Numbered from the stretch's first letter, positions 45,669 through 57,888 are shown. The stretch: DNA of 64,000 bases from Pseudomonadales bacterium (GCA_024234855.1 JACKNN010000006.1:54708-118707); one strand, 5' to 3'. The notes: generated by a model from the letters alone, not told the origin. Program-made: numbers and translations.

Positions 45669-46016
45669 ATGAAAGCTATGATTGCCATACCCGCACTTTG
45701 CCTGGCCATGAACGCCGCAGCGGGCTGTCCGGTCACGCATCCGCGGGAGCAGCCGGTAATACCCGATGCCGCCGTGGCCAGCAAGCAGGAGATGCACCGG
45801 GCACAGTTGGCGGCGGAGCAGTATCTGCTGCAGGGCAAAGCCTACCTGGAATGCGGACTCATGAATCGTCGCCAGTACAGCCAGTTGTTGAGCCAGCTGG
45901 AAATTTTTTCCGAGCAGTACAACAACGAAGTGATCGAGTACCAGATTCGCCGGCAGATGGTTGCGGAAAATGACCAGGCGGGTGTCCTGCCGGTCACCGG
46001 GGGGTCAGCGGACTAG
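45669..46016 (+). CDS. Secreted/periplasmic 115-aa protein, unknown function
   Basis: Signal peptide MKAMIAIPALCLAMNAAAG. The mature part is helical (QEMHRAQLAAEQYLLQGKAYLEC). The start is ATG 45669. Confidence 0.6.
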   Translation: MKAMIAIPALCLAMNAAAGCPVTHPREQPVIPDAAVASKQEMHRAQLAAEQYLLQGKAYLECGLMNRRQYSQLLSQLEIFSEQYNNEVIEYQIRRQMVAENDQAGVLPVTGGSAD

Positions 46017-46024
46017 CCGTTGAC

Positions 46025-46237
46025 TCAGCCGCCGACGCCCGCGTTTTCGAGCAGGTAGGTGATTACGAACTTCATCAGGAAGCCGAAGATACCCATGGCC
46101 AGCCCGATGTAGAGGATCATTGTGCCGAATTTGCCGGCATTGCTGCGCCTGGCGAGGTCCCAGACGATATACATCATGAGCAGGATGAGGCCGCCCACGC
46201 CCAGGACGACACCGTATTCTGTCAGCCATTCGTCCAT
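46025..46237 (-). CDS. DUF2788-family small membrane protein
   Basis: 70 aa, two TM helices. The WDLARRSNAGKFGT loop resembles DUF2788 proteins. Confidence 0.6.
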   Translation of the reverse strand: MDEWLTEYGVVLGVGGLILLMMYIVWDLARRSNAGKFGTMILYIGLAMGIFGFLMKFVITYLLENAGVGG

Positions 46238-46264
46238 TCAGGTCGGCACCCCGGTGGCCGCCGG

Positions 46265-46702
46265 TCAGGCGGCGACAATTACCTCTGCCTCGAGGTGGGA
46301 CTCGGCCAGCAGGGAGCGGGTGATCAGGCAGGCCTCCTCGGCTTTTTCCAGCAGGCGCTGTGCCTTGTCAGCGTCAGTGCCGGCAGGCACCGTCAGCCTG
46401 GCGTTGACAGTGAACGCCGTGAACCGGGTAACCCGCTCTACCCGCTCCAGTACGCCCTCGGCGGAGCATTCGAGGTTGGTCCACTCGAGCTTGGAAGCCC
46501 TGGCAATCGCCCGGAACGTCAGTATGAAGCAGTCGGCGACAGCGCCAACCAGCAGGGTCTCGGGAGACCACTGGTCACCCGGGCCGCCGAATTCGGCCGG
46601 TGGGGCGGTGACAAGCTGAGGCAGGTCGTCCGCCTTGAGCATGATATTGCCGGTGGTCTCGGCGCTGGCGCTGACGTGGTAGTGATGAGGTAAGTCTTGC
46701 AT
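46265..46702 (-). CDS. OsmC/Ohr-family peroxiredoxin-like protein
   Basis: GPGDQWSPETLLVGAVADCF...EEACLITRSL contains the two conserved Cys contexts of OsmC. The start is ATG 46702. Confidence 0.8.
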   Translation of the reverse strand: MQDLPHHYHVSASAETTGNIMLKADDLPQLVTAPPAEFGGPGDQWSPETLLVGAVADCFILTFRAIARASKLEWTNLECSAEGVLERVERVTRFTAFTVNARLTVPAGTDADKAQRLLEKAEEACLITRSLLAESHLEAEVIVAA

Positions 46703-46782
46703 GGTAGTCGCATCCCTGTGTCCGGTTTCTGGCGGCAATTATAGCCGCAAGCCGGTACTGCCCTCACCTTATAATTTCCCCG

Positions 46783-47532
46783 TCAGGCCATCGGCGAGCA
46801 GGCCTCCATGGCTGCGCCGTGCTGCCTGCCCGCCTGCCACACCGGCAATTCCCACAGCTGTGGCTGCCCGGGCACGTCTTCTGCCGGGGGCAGGTCCACG
46901 TCGATATGCTGGTTGCCGCCGCGCTGCTTGAGGATATGGACCCTGCGGTATTCCCGCATCTGCAGGCGCAGGCTGGCGGGGGAGTGGTTGTGGGCGGCCG
47001 CCGTGGGGCGAAACAGTACCGCCAGGCTGTCGCCGCCGCTGGCGGCCACCTGCAGTTTGCGCAGCTCGCTGTAGCTGTAGTTGTGAGTTCCCAGCCAGCT
47101 GAACACGGCGCTGCAGGTGCCGCTGCGCAGGGCCTGCTCGGTGCTCCACAGCAGGTCCTGGCGGTTTTTCGGGTGCACCAGTAATACCTGCCGGGTATCG
47201 ATACCCCGGGCCGCCAGCAGCGGCGCATAGGGTATATAGGGCGGAGCGATGAATGCCTGCCAGCGCCCCCGCTCGCTGAGCTGTTCCATGGCGGGCAGAA
47301 ACAGTCCCATGGCGCCCAGTCCATTGCTGTCGCTCAATAATTCAATGGTGCTGTCCAGGGGCCAGCCGCCCTGGTCCAGCTGCCTATCCAGGCTGGTATA
47401 GCCAGTAGCCAGGCCGTTCTGGCTGTGACAGTGGCTGTCGCTGTTGGCGGAGGGTTCATGGTGGTGAAAGCGGCGATGGCGACCGCGCCAGGTATCATTG
47501 CGGGTGATGATCTGTTCGAGCACTTCGTTCAT
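46783..47532 (-). CDS. imuA: ImuA, RecA/SulA-like mutasome subunit
   Basis: TGYTSLDRQLDQGGWPLDSTIELL...FIAPPYIPYAPLLAARGID...LWSTEQALRSGTCSAVFSWL is the ImuA pattern. The start is ATG 47532, 35 nt downstream of a LexA box. Confidence 0.85.
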   Translation of the reverse strand: MNEVLEQIITRNDTWRGRHRRFHHHEPSANSDSHCHSQNGLATGYTSLDRQLDQGGWPLDSTIELLSDSNGLGAMGLFLPAMEQLSERGRWQAFIAPPYIPYAPLLAARGIDTRQVLLVHPKNRQDLLWSTEQALRSGTCSAVFSWLGTHNYSYSELRKLQVAASGGDSLAVLFRPTAAAHNHSPASLRLQMREYRRVHILKQRGGNQHIDVDLPPAEDVPGQPQLWELPVWQAGRQHGAAMEACSPMA

Positions 47533-47566
47533 GGCCTTGCTCCGGGGAGGGTTCCCTTCAAATAAA

Positions 47567-47582
47567 CTGTATAAACATACAG
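47567..47582 (-). promoter_or_regulatory. LexA (SOS) box upstream of imuA
   Basis: CTGTATAAACATACAG within AACTGTATAAACATACAGTA (CTGT-N8-ACAG). Confidence 0.85.
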
Positions 47583-47808
47583 TAGTATCGAAGCGGGCAG
47601 AATGCAAGTCGTGGCATGTGTGAATTTAGCGGGTGAGGGCAGGGGGTGTGATCTGCGGATGCGCGGTGTGTGCAGGTCCCGTTCATAATGGTTTCAAATG
47701 TGACCGAAACTTCCTAAAGTGCCCCATGTGGCGGTATTTGGCTGGCAGGGAAGCAATTCGCAATCCCCCTCCCCCGGACATGACCGATTAATTGACGCAG
47801 TGGCGACA

Positions 47809-48669
47809 ATGGCGAAAACGTATTGGTACTTTATGACAGTAGCGCTTTTGGTGCTGATACCACTGATTGCGGTGCTGTTGGTGAAGAAGTTGGGTCTGCT
47901 GGAGATTCGCCCGGATGAGCAAATAGCGTACAAGGTCTTTGAAGGGCAAAAGCGCCTACTACATTCCTTTAAAGCCAAAACCGACCGCCTGGGGAGTCCG
48001 CCTCCGGCCATGCTGCTATTTCACGGCGGTGCATGGCAATACGGTAGTGGCAAGAAGCTCTATCCGCAGTGCCGTTTCTTTGCGGAAAACGGCCTGACCT
48101 GCTTTGTAGTGCAATATCGACTGGGTTCCCGCGGAGTTGTCGATGTGCCCGGGGCAGTGGAAGATGCAAGCGATGCCCTGGCCTATTTGCGTGCCAATGC
48201 CAGCCAATTGAATATAGATGCCGACAGGATTGTGGCGGGCGGCGGATCATCGGGAGGGCAGCTGGCGGCAGCATTGGGTGTTGCCATACACAAAAAAGCC
48301 GGCAAGCCAATGCCGGTGGCAACCCGGCGGCCCGCTGCGTTGATTCTCTATAACCCCATGCTGGACCTGTCACCGGGCATGCCAGACCACGACCTGGTCA
48401 AGGATGACTGGCAGGAGATATCCCCGTACCACCACGTAGATGGTTCGGTCCCGCCAACCCTCATCCTGTTGGGCACGGAAGATGTTGAGTTGCCGGTCGC
48501 CAGTGCGGAGTCTTTTTGTCGCATGATAATTGCCCGGGGCGGGCGCTGTGAGTTGGCTTTATACCAGGGCCAACAGCATGGGTTCTTCCAGTATCGGGAA
48601 AACAATCGCGAGTACTTTGATAAAACCAACGCACGCATTATGACGTTTCTGGAATCTATCTGGGAATGA
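47809..48669 (+). CDS. Alpha/beta hydrolase (HSL/family IV-like esterase), N-terminally anchored
   Basis: HGGAW oxyanion motif and GGSSGG nucleophile elbow, preceded by a TM helix (YWYFMTVALLVLIPLIAVLLV). The start is ATG 47809. Confidence 0.75.
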   Translation: MAKTYWYFMTVALLVLIPLIAVLLVKKLGLLEIRPDEQIAYKVFEGQKRLLHSFKAKTDRLGSPPPAMLLFHGGAWQYGSGKKLYPQCRFFAENGLTCFVVQYRLGSRGVVDVPGAVEDASDALAYLRANASQLNIDADRIVAGGGSSGGQLAAALGVAIHKKAGKPMPVATRRPAALILYNPMLDLSPGMPDHDLVKDDWQEISPYHHVDGSVPPTLILLGTEDVELPVASAESFCRMIIARGGRCELALYQGQQHGFFQYRENNREYFDKTNARIMTFLESIWE

Positions 48670-48692
48670 TGTCCGGGCACCTGGCCGGGTTA

Positions 48693-49133
48693 TCAAAAAG
48701 GTTTCAAGTACCGGGAGCAGGTGCCCGCCACGGCGAAGACATGTGAGCTGAGCGCATTGCCCTGCACGCCGGTGGCGTAGAATGCGCCGTTCCGGGGATT
48801 GCGACTGATCGCGCCTTCAAAAATGGTGTCCGGGTGTTCGTGATCGGGGCCGTCCACTTCGCAGACCAGGCCCGGCGGGTCGCAGTGATCAAAGTGCCAG
48901 GCGCTAGCCCCCATACCCATGGCCTGCCAGGTGCCGCCGCTGTTGCTGAACAGGTACTTGCTGTCGGCCTCGTCGTAGTTGTGGCCGCTGGTGGTTTTGC
49001 CATCCTCGGACGTGGTGGTCCAGACAACGGTGCTGGCAATGCAGAGAAATTGTTCGACCTTGTAGTCGCTGGCATTTTCCGTAGCGCAGCCCGCCATTGC
49101 CAACCCTAAAACCAGTCCCGCAAAAAACCGCAT
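48693..49133 (-). CDS. Lipoprotein, unknown function
   Basis: Lipobox LAMAGC. 146 aa with four further Cys residues. Confidence 0.6.
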   Translation of the reverse strand: MRFFAGLVLGLAMAGCATENASDYKVEQFLCIASTVVWTTTSEDGKTTSGHNYDEADSKYLFSNSGGTWQAMGMGASAWHFDHCDPPGLVCEVDGPDHEHPDTIFEGAISRNPRNGAFYATGVQGNALSSHVFAVAGTCSRYLKPF

Positions 49134-49164
49134 TCTACACCGCTATGAATAGGAATGAAGGACG

Positions 49165-50199
49165 CTACGGAACTGCAGCGCGTTGCAACATCGGCACCCG
49201 GCACAGGCCGAGAATGAGGTCTTCCAGGTTATCCCAGGGCCTGCCACCGGCAAAGCCCTTGATACTGCCATCCACCGTTATCGCCTGCTGCAGTAACTGT
49301 GCCATGGACTCCGGGTTGTGGCGGGCCAGGGCCGACTGCATGAGGGGAATGCGGTTCTGCCACACCCTGCGGGCATTCAATGCCTGCAGTACGCCCTGGC
49401 CGTTGCGACAATCCTGTTGCACTTCGTGCAGGGTGCGGATCTCCCGGGCCAGCGACCACAGCACCACGGTGGGCTCGGTGCCCTCACCGCGCAGGCCCTG
49501 CAGCATGTGCAGGCTGGCGGCAGCGTCGCCCTTGAGGGCCTTGTCAGCCAGCTCGAACACGTTGTAGCGGGCGTTGTCCGATACCGAATCGAGCACAGCG
49601 CGCGTGTCGATCCGGGTGTCTTTCACCAGCAACTTGAGTTTCTCCACTTCCTGCACGGCAGCGAGCAGGTTGCCTTCCACCCGGTCGCAGAGCAACTGCA
49701 GGGCCTCGTCGTCGATGCTCAGGCCGGCAGCGGCCACCCGCTGGCGCAGCCAGCCGGGCAGGCTGCGCGCGTCCACCGGCCATACCTGGACGACGGCGCC
49801 GGCTTTATCCAGGGCTTTGAACCATTTGCTGCTGGTGGACTGCTTGTCGATCCTGCCCGCCACTACCAGCAGCACATCTTCGCTGCCGGCGATCTCCAGG
49901 TATTCGCACAGGGCTTTACTGCCGTCCGCCCCGGGTTTGCCGCTGGGCAGTCGCAGTTCAACCAGCTTGCGCTCGGCGAACAGGGACATGCTGCTGGCGC
50001 TGTGCAGTATTTCCTGCCAGTCGAAATGGTTGCCGCTGGCGTCGATGACCTCGCGATCGGCGCATCCCTGCGCCCGTGCCTCGCGCCTGACATTGTCGCA
50101 GCATTCCTGCAATTGCAGGGGTTCGTCGCCGCTGACCAGGTATACCGGGAGCAGTTGGCGTTTTAACTGCGCAGCGAGTTGATCGGGGGAGACTCGCAT
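49165..50199 (-). CDS. holA: DNA polymerase III delta subunit
   Basis: 344 aa. LPVYLVSGDEPLQ N-terminus. Position downstream of leuS-lptE, the conserved leuS-lptE-holA operon. Confidence 0.9.
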   Translation of the reverse strand: MRVSPDQLAAQLKRQLLPVYLVSGDEPLQLQECCDNVRREARAQGCADREVIDASGNHFDWQEILHSASSMSLFAERKLVELRLPSGKPGADGSKALCEYLEIAGSEDVLLVVAGRIDKQSTSSKWFKALDKAGAVVQVWPVDARSLPGWLRQRVAAAGLSIDDEALQLLCDRVEGNLLAAVQEVEKLKLLVKDTRIDTRAVLDSVSDNARYNVFELADKALKGDAAASLHMLQGLRGEGTEPTVVLWSLAREIRTLHEVQQDCRNGQGVLQALNARRVWQNRIPLMQSALARHNPESMAQLLQQAITVDGSIKGFAGGRPWDNLEDLILGLCRVPMLQRAAVP

Positions 50200-50737
50200 C
50201 AGGGCTTGCTGGCAGCGAAGAAACCGATGCGCCGGACGATCTGCTGGGCCAGTTCAGTGCGCATTTCAGATTTGAGAATACGCAATTCCTCGCCCTTGCC
50301 CATGGCGTTGCGCGGGTCGTTCTCCATTTGCCTGATGATGGAGGCGTTGGTATCCGGCATCACCTCTTTGCCGCTGGCATCCAGCACCGAGAAGGTCGTC
50401 TGCATGGTAATTTCGAGCTGTGAGACCCGGGCTTCCTTGTTGAGCGACAGGTTGGTCTGGCTGAATCGTTCAGGGCCCAGCACCAGTGAATAGTCGGCGT
50501 CGGCCCTGGCTGTCCACTGGACGTCGTTGGTAGTGAACACCGTTCGCACCGCCTGGCTGAATTCGCCGTTGGGGTTGCCCGTGATCAGGTACATTTTTTT
50601 CCAGTCCTCGGGCAGCGCGGCGCTGCCGGCGCCGGTGCCGCGCAGCTGGAAACCGCAGGCCGCCAGCAGGCAGACAATGGCCAGGATGAGGGTGTAGCTG
50701 GCGAGGCGCCGTCGCATGGCAGGTATCCGGGTGGGCA

Positions 50738-50738
<1 letters not shown>
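50199..50738 (-). CDS. lptE: LPS-assembly lipoprotein LptE
   Basis: Lipobox LLAACGFQLRG, 179 aa. Both ends overlap the flanking leuS and holA genes. Confidence 0.88.
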
Positions 50739-53236
<2,498 letters not shown>

Positions 53237-53537
53237 TTAACTGTGCGGTAACAAGCGGGCGCAGCCCCTGTGGTACATGGGTTTTGCTGGGGAAATGGCG
53301 CCGGCGCGAAGAAGCGCGGATTCTATCAGTAATCGGGTTTGGCTGCGACGATTGAGCGCGATCCCGGGCCGCTTTCCGCTCCGATAAGCCCTGGCGCTGT
53401 CATCGCCAGGCCACCTCGCGCGAATCGTGGATGTGGCAGGTGCCCTTCTGGCCCCGAAAAATATAACTATCAGCCCCACCCCGGAAAACTTGACCCAAAT
53501 CGTGGCGCAATCAGGAAATGCGGTCCAAGCTTGCAAA

Positions 53538-53903
53538 ATGCGAAAAACCAGCGACATCATCTGGCAGGACGCCCAGCACCAGGGCCTGTTCGAGATTCTG
53601 GACCTGCTCAATGAACCGACCGCGGATCGGGAGGTGTTGCGCAGGCTGGAGGCCTATACCGAATACCACTTCGCGCTGGAAGAGCAGTACATGACCAAGC
53701 TGGACTATCCCGGACGGGAAGCGCATGAGCAATCCCACGCGCAGTTTCGCCAGGAAATATCCCAGCTGGTGCAATCAGACCAGCAGCTCGATGCCCAGTT
53801 CCGGGAGATCATCAGCACCTTCCTGACCGAGTGGCTCACCCGCCATGTCTTCGGTATAGACAAGGAATTGGAAGAGTTCATCCTGCGTTCGCCGGCCAAG
53901 TAA
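53538..53903 (+). CDS. Hemerythrin-like metal-binding protein (bacteriohemerythrin)
   Basis: IIWQDAQHQGLFEIL...YTEYHFALEEQYM...HEQSHAQF...WLTRHVFGIDKEL contains the H/E/D iron ligand pattern. The start is ATG 53538. Confidence 0.8.
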   Translation: MRKTSDIIWQDAQHQGLFEILDLLNEPTADREVLRRLEAYTEYHFALEEQYMTKLDYPGREAHEQSHAQFRQEISQLVQSDQQLDAQFREIISTFLTEWLTRHVFGIDKELEEFILRSPAK

Positions 53904-53928
53904 ACAGGCGGCATGCGAGATACGCGGC

Positions 53929-55446
53929 CTAGTCCTTCTCCCGCCAGAAACCCAGGTACATCAGAAACATCAGCAGCAGTGAGAAGCCACAGCCGGCGAT
54001 CACCGGGGCGACGCCGAAGCTGCCGAAAGGCGTTTTGCCCAGCATGACTTCTGCTTCCCCGGTCAGGGTTGCTTCCACGAACTGATCAGTGCGGGCGACG
54101 ATCCGGCCGCGGTGATCAATGATGGCCGATACGCCGTTGTTGGTGCCGCGAAGCATGTAGCGGCCGTTTTCCAATGCCCGCATCTGGGCCATCTGCAGGT
54201 GCTGCAACGGCCCTATCGACCTGCCGAACCAGCTGTCGTTGCTGATGGTCAGCAGCAGGTCGCTGTGGCGGGCACTGCGTGCCACCAGTTCGGGGTAGAC
54301 CACTTCGTAACAGAGGAAGGGTGCCACCCGGTAGGCACCGGCGCGCAACGGCGCCTGGTCTGCCGGCCCCGAGCTAAAGGCGGACATGGGCAGGTCGAAG
54401 AAGGCGATCAGGCCGCGCAACTGGTCTTCCAGGGGAACGTACTCGCCGAAGGGCACGAGATGCTGCTTGTGGTAGACGCCGTCGCCCTGGCCGAGGGCGA
54501 TCACGCTGTTGAAATAACCCTCGCCCTGGTCCGCCTTGTAGGGCGCGCCGACAAACAGAGTGGTTTCACTGGCGGCGGCGCGCTCGGCTATCGGGTCGAG
54601 AAAGTCCCGGGCGCGTTGGTAGAAATTGGGGATAGCCGCCTCCGGCCAGACCAGGATGTCGGCGCCGTAGTGCGGTTCGCTGGCCTCGCGCAACTGGCGC
54701 AGGATGGGCTGGTACCAGGCCCTGTCCCATTTGTGTTCCTGGGGAACATTGGGTTGGTAGAGAACGACTGACAGCGGTTTTTCGCTGCCCTTGACCACCC
54801 ACTCTATGGGCTTGAGTACCGCGCCGCCGGCCCACAGGGTGATAACGATGACGGCATAAGTGCTGCACGCAACCGCCTGGCGGCTGCGCCAGGCCAGGAA
54901 CAGGCAGATGCCGGTCATGGCGCAGATGAAGGACAGCCCGTACACGCCGACTATCGGGGCCCAGCCTGCAATTGGCGTGTCGAGGTGGGCGTAGCCCAGG
55001 TAAAGCCAGGGGAAACCCGTGAACAGCCAGCTGCGCAGCCATTCCGACAACACCCAGGTTACCGGGAAGCCCATCAACATGCCACCGGGGAGGGCGCGTA
55101 CGAAGCGCACGTAGAACCAGCCGAAGGATGCCTGGAACAGCGCGGCGAGTCCGGCGCAGAAGATGATGATGAGAAAGCCGGCCAGCACCGGGCCGGCACC
55201 GCCGTAATCGTGGATGCTGACGTAAACCCAGGACACCCCGGTGCCGAACATGCCGACGCCGAACAGCCAGCTGCGCCAGACACCTTCGCGCACACTGCAG
55301 GTGCACAACAGGTAGGCGTAGAGCGCACAGCTGATAATGCCGGCCGGCCACAGGTCGAAGGGTGCCAGGGACAGGGTGACCAGCGCCCCCGCGAATGGGG
55401 CGAGAATCAGTACGAGCAGCGGGTGCAGGCCAGGTTCGGTCTTCAT
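53929..55446 (-). CDS. lnt: Apolipoprotein N-acyltransferase
   Basis: 505 aa. N-terminal multi-TM region plus a CN-hydrolase domain (VVWPE, LCYE). Conserved position next to corC. Confidence 0.92.
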   Translation of the reverse strand: MKTEPGLHPLLVLILAPFAGALVTLSLAPFDLWPAGIISCALYAYLLCTCSVREGVWRSWLFGVGMFGTGVSWVYVSIHDYGGAGPVLAGFLIIIFCAGLAALFQASFGWFYVRFVRALPGGMLMGFPVTWVLSEWLRSWLFTGFPWLYLGYAHLDTPIAGWAPIVGVYGLSFICAMTGICLFLAWRSRQAVACSTYAVIVITLWAGGAVLKPIEWVVKGSEKPLSVVLYQPNVPQEHKWDRAWYQPILRQLREASEPHYGADILVWPEAAIPNFYQRARDFLDPIAERAAASETTLFVGAPYKADQGEGYFNSVIALGQGDGVYHKQHLVPFGEYVPLEDQLRGLIAFFDLPMSAFSSGPADQAPLRAGAYRVAPFLCYEVVYPELVARSARHSDLLLTISNDSWFGRSIGPLQHLQMAQMRALENGRYMLRGTNNGVSAIIDHRGRIVARTDQFVEATLTGEAEVMLGKTPFGSFGVAPVIAGCGFSLLLMFLMYLGFWREKD

Positions 55447-55460
55447 GGGCTGACGCCGGC

Positions 55461-56306
55461 TCAGTTTTGCAGCGGCCGCATGCGCAGGCTGTGAATTTTG
55501 CGCTGGTCGGCGTTGATCACCTGGAACTCGAATTTATCAATGGTGGCGGTTTCGTTGCGGGTGGGCATATGGCCCAGGGCCTGGATGACCAGGCCGCCTA
55601 TGGTATCGAAATCGTCATCGCTGAAGCTGGTACCGAAATACTCATTGAAATCCTCGATCGGTGTCAACGCCTTGATGAAGTAGTCATCTTCGGTGATTTT
55701 GCGGATGAAATGATCGGTCTCCGCATCGGTCTCATCCTCGATATCGCCGACGATTTCTTCCAGCACATCCTCGATGGTTACCAGACCGGCGACGCCGCCG
55801 TATTCATCGATGACAATCGCCATGTGGTTGCGGTTCTCGCGAAACTCCCGCAGCAGTACGTTGAGGCGCTTGCTCTCGGGGACTACCACCGAGGGCCGCA
55901 ACAGTTCGCGAATATTGAACTCGCTCTGGTCCTTGTTGAGGATCTGGGGCAGCAGGTCCTTGGCCAGCAGGATGCCGTAGATATCGTCCAGGCTGTCGCC
56001 GACCACCGGGTAGCGGGAGTGGGCCGTGCGCACGATATGCGGCAGGATCTCCTCCAGCGAGGAGTCGGCCTTGATCACCACCATCTGGGTGCGCGGGATC
56101 ATAATGTCCCGGGCCTGCATGTCGATGACTTCCATCGCGCCCTCCATGATGCTGCGGGCGTCTCTGTCGATGATTTCCTTGTCGACAGCCAGGGCCAGCA
56201 CATCCTGCAGATCCTGGCGATTGCGCGGCTCCGAGGAAAACAGGACGGCAAAACGGTTGATCCAGGATTTCTCGCCCGAATCGTTGCCTGATCGGTCGTC
56301 GCTCAT
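55461..56306 (-). CDS. corC: CorC/YbeX family CBS-domain magnesium/cobalt efflux-associated protein
   Basis: 281 aa. A CBS pair plus the CorC_HlyC C-terminal domain, within the ybeZYX-lnt operon context. Confidence 0.9.
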   Translation of the reverse strand: MSDDRSGNDSGEKSWINRFAVLFSSEPRNRQDLQDVLALAVDKEIIDRDARSIMEGAMEVIDMQARDIMIPRTQMVVIKADSSLEEILPHIVRTAHSRYPVVGDSLDDIYGILLAKDLLPQILNKDQSEFNIRELLRPSVVVPESKRLNVLLREFRENRNHMAIVIDEYGGVAGLVTIEDVLEEIVGDIEDETDAETDHFIRKITEDDYFIKALTPIEDFNEYFGTSFSDDDFDTIGGLVIQALGHMPTRNETATIDKFEFQVINADQRKIHSLRMRPLQN

Positions 56307-56785
56307 GCCAGCGAATTCTCCTGAGGTGGGTTGGCCTGGTAGGGGCAGGGGTAGTCCAGGGCGGCCAGGATGCCGCTTTCAAGGGTTTCCATCGCCATAG
56401 CTTCATTTTCTTCGATATGGTCGTAACCCAGCAGGTGCAGGGTGCCGTGTACGGCCATGTGCGCCCAGTGGGCGGCCAGGGACTTGTGCTGCGCCAACGC
56501 CTCTGCGCGCACCACGGGAACGCAGATCACAATATCGCCGAGCAGGGGCAAATCGAGTTCCGGCGGCAGGTCGGCGGGAAAGGAGAGGACGTTGGTAGGG
56601 CCGTTTTTGCCGCGATACGCCTGGTTCAGGTCGGCCATCTCCCGGGTATCGACCAGGCGCACACTGATCTCGGTATCTGCTCTGGTATGCCGACTGGCCA
56701 GGGCGGCCGCTATCCAGCGCCGTAAGTCATCCTCGTCAGGCACCGGCTCAGCACTGGCGCACTGGATGTCGACGGTCAGGTTCAT
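56303..56785 (-). CDS. ybeY: rRNA maturation endoribonuclease YbeY
   Basis: The HGTLHLLGYDH zinc-binding motif is diagnostic. 160 aa. Confidence 0.95.
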   Translation of the reverse strand: MNLTVDIQCASAEPVPDEDDLRRWIAAALASRHTRADTEISVRLVDTREMADLNQAYRGKNGPTNVLSFPADLPPELDLPLLGDIVICVPVVRAEALAQHKSLAAHWAHMAVHGTLHLLGYDHIEENEAMAMETLESGILAALDYPCPYQANPPQENSLA

Positions 56786-57843
56786 CGCCGGGTCCGGTCC
56801 AGTGGAGTGGCCCTGTCTTCATGGCTGTCGTAGGCCTCGACAATGCGCTGTACCAGCGGGTGGCGCACGACGTCCTTGCTGCCGAAATAGGTGAAGCCGA
56901 TCCCCTCGACGCCGGCCAGCACATTGCTCGCGTGGGTGAGCCCCGAGGGCGAGCCCTTGGGCAGGTCGATCTGGGTGGCATCCCCGGTAATCACCGCGGT
57001 GGACCCGAAGCCGATCCGGGTGAGGAACATTTTCATCTGTTCCCGGGTGGTGTTCTGCGCCTCATCCAGGATGATAAAGGAATTGTTGAGGGTGCGGCCG
57101 CGCATGAAGGCCAGCGGCGCGACCTCGATGATGTGGCGCTCGATGTATTTGTTGACCGTCTCAAAGCCCAGCATCTCGTACAGGGCGTCGTACAGCGGTC
57201 GCAGGTAGGGGTCAATCTTCTGGCTCAGGTCACCCGGGAGGAAGCCCAGCTTTTCCCCGGCCTCCACTGCCGGTCGCACCAGCAGGATGCGGCGCACCCG
57301 GTCCTCGAGCAGGGCCTCCACTGCGCAGGCCACCGCGAGGTAGGTTTTACCCGTACCCGCGGGCCCTATGCCGAAGTTGATGTCACACTGCCCTATGGTG
57401 CGCACGTAACCCTGCTGGTTGCCGCCGCGGGGCTTGATGGGCGCGCGCCGGGTCCGGATCACCCGGATGGCCTGCACCGACGGGTCGGTGTCAGCATCCG
57501 GTTCCACCAGTTGCTCCAGTTCGGAGTGCTGCAACTGCAGGTGCAGGGATTCCTGCGTCAGTTCGACGCCCCGGCAGATATCTGCATACAAATGGGTGAT
57601 CAGGCGCGCCGCCGCCGCCACGTCGTCGGCCTCGCCTGCCAGCAGGAACTGGTTGCCGCGGGCGCTGATGGCGAGGCCGAAACGACGCTCCATCTGGCGC
57701 AGGTGGCTGTCGAACTGGCCGCACAGCGCGGCCAGGTGGCGAGCGTCATCGGGTTCCAGGGTGAGGCTTTGCTGTGTCGAGGGCACCGGGGGTGCCGACG
57801 GTATCTGGGGGGAGTCGCTAGTCAAAATAATGGCTGGCCACAA
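56782..57843 (-). CDS. ybeZ: PhoH-like ATPase YbeZ
   Basis: Walker A GPAGTGKTYLA and FIILDEAQN. The TTG start is uncertain. Confidence 0.9.
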   Translation of the reverse strand: MWPAIILTSDSPQIPSAPPVPSTQQSLTLEPDDARHLAALCGQFDSHLRQMERRFGLAISARGNQFLLAGEADDVAAAARLITHLYADICRGVELTQESLHLQLQHSELEQLVEPDADTDPSVQAIRVIRTRRAPIKPRGGNQQGYVRTIGQCDINFGIGPAGTGKTYLAVACAVEALLEDRVRRILLVRPAVEAGEKLGFLPGDLSQKIDPYLRPLYDALYEMLGFETVNKYIERHIIEVAPLAFMRGRTLNNSFIILDEAQNTTREQMKMFLTRIGFGSTAVITGDATQIDLPKGSPSGLTHASNVLAGVEGIGFTYFGSKDVVRHPLVQRIVEAYDSHEDRATPLDRTRR

Positions 57844-57888
57844 AGGGCAGTAGTAAAGAACCTAAGGATATATGGGAAATCATCCGCG

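Noticed and set aside
45494-45838. 114-aa minus-strand ORF
   Set aside because: It spans the A+T-rich leader and runs antisense to the secreted-protein gene. It is Cys/Ala/Ile-rich and implausible, with no SD.
47735-47765. Sigma54-like TGGC…GCA sequence upstream of the esterase gene
   Set aside because: The GG-to-GC spacing is off by one or more nucleotides in every register, and no enhancer-binding protein context is present.
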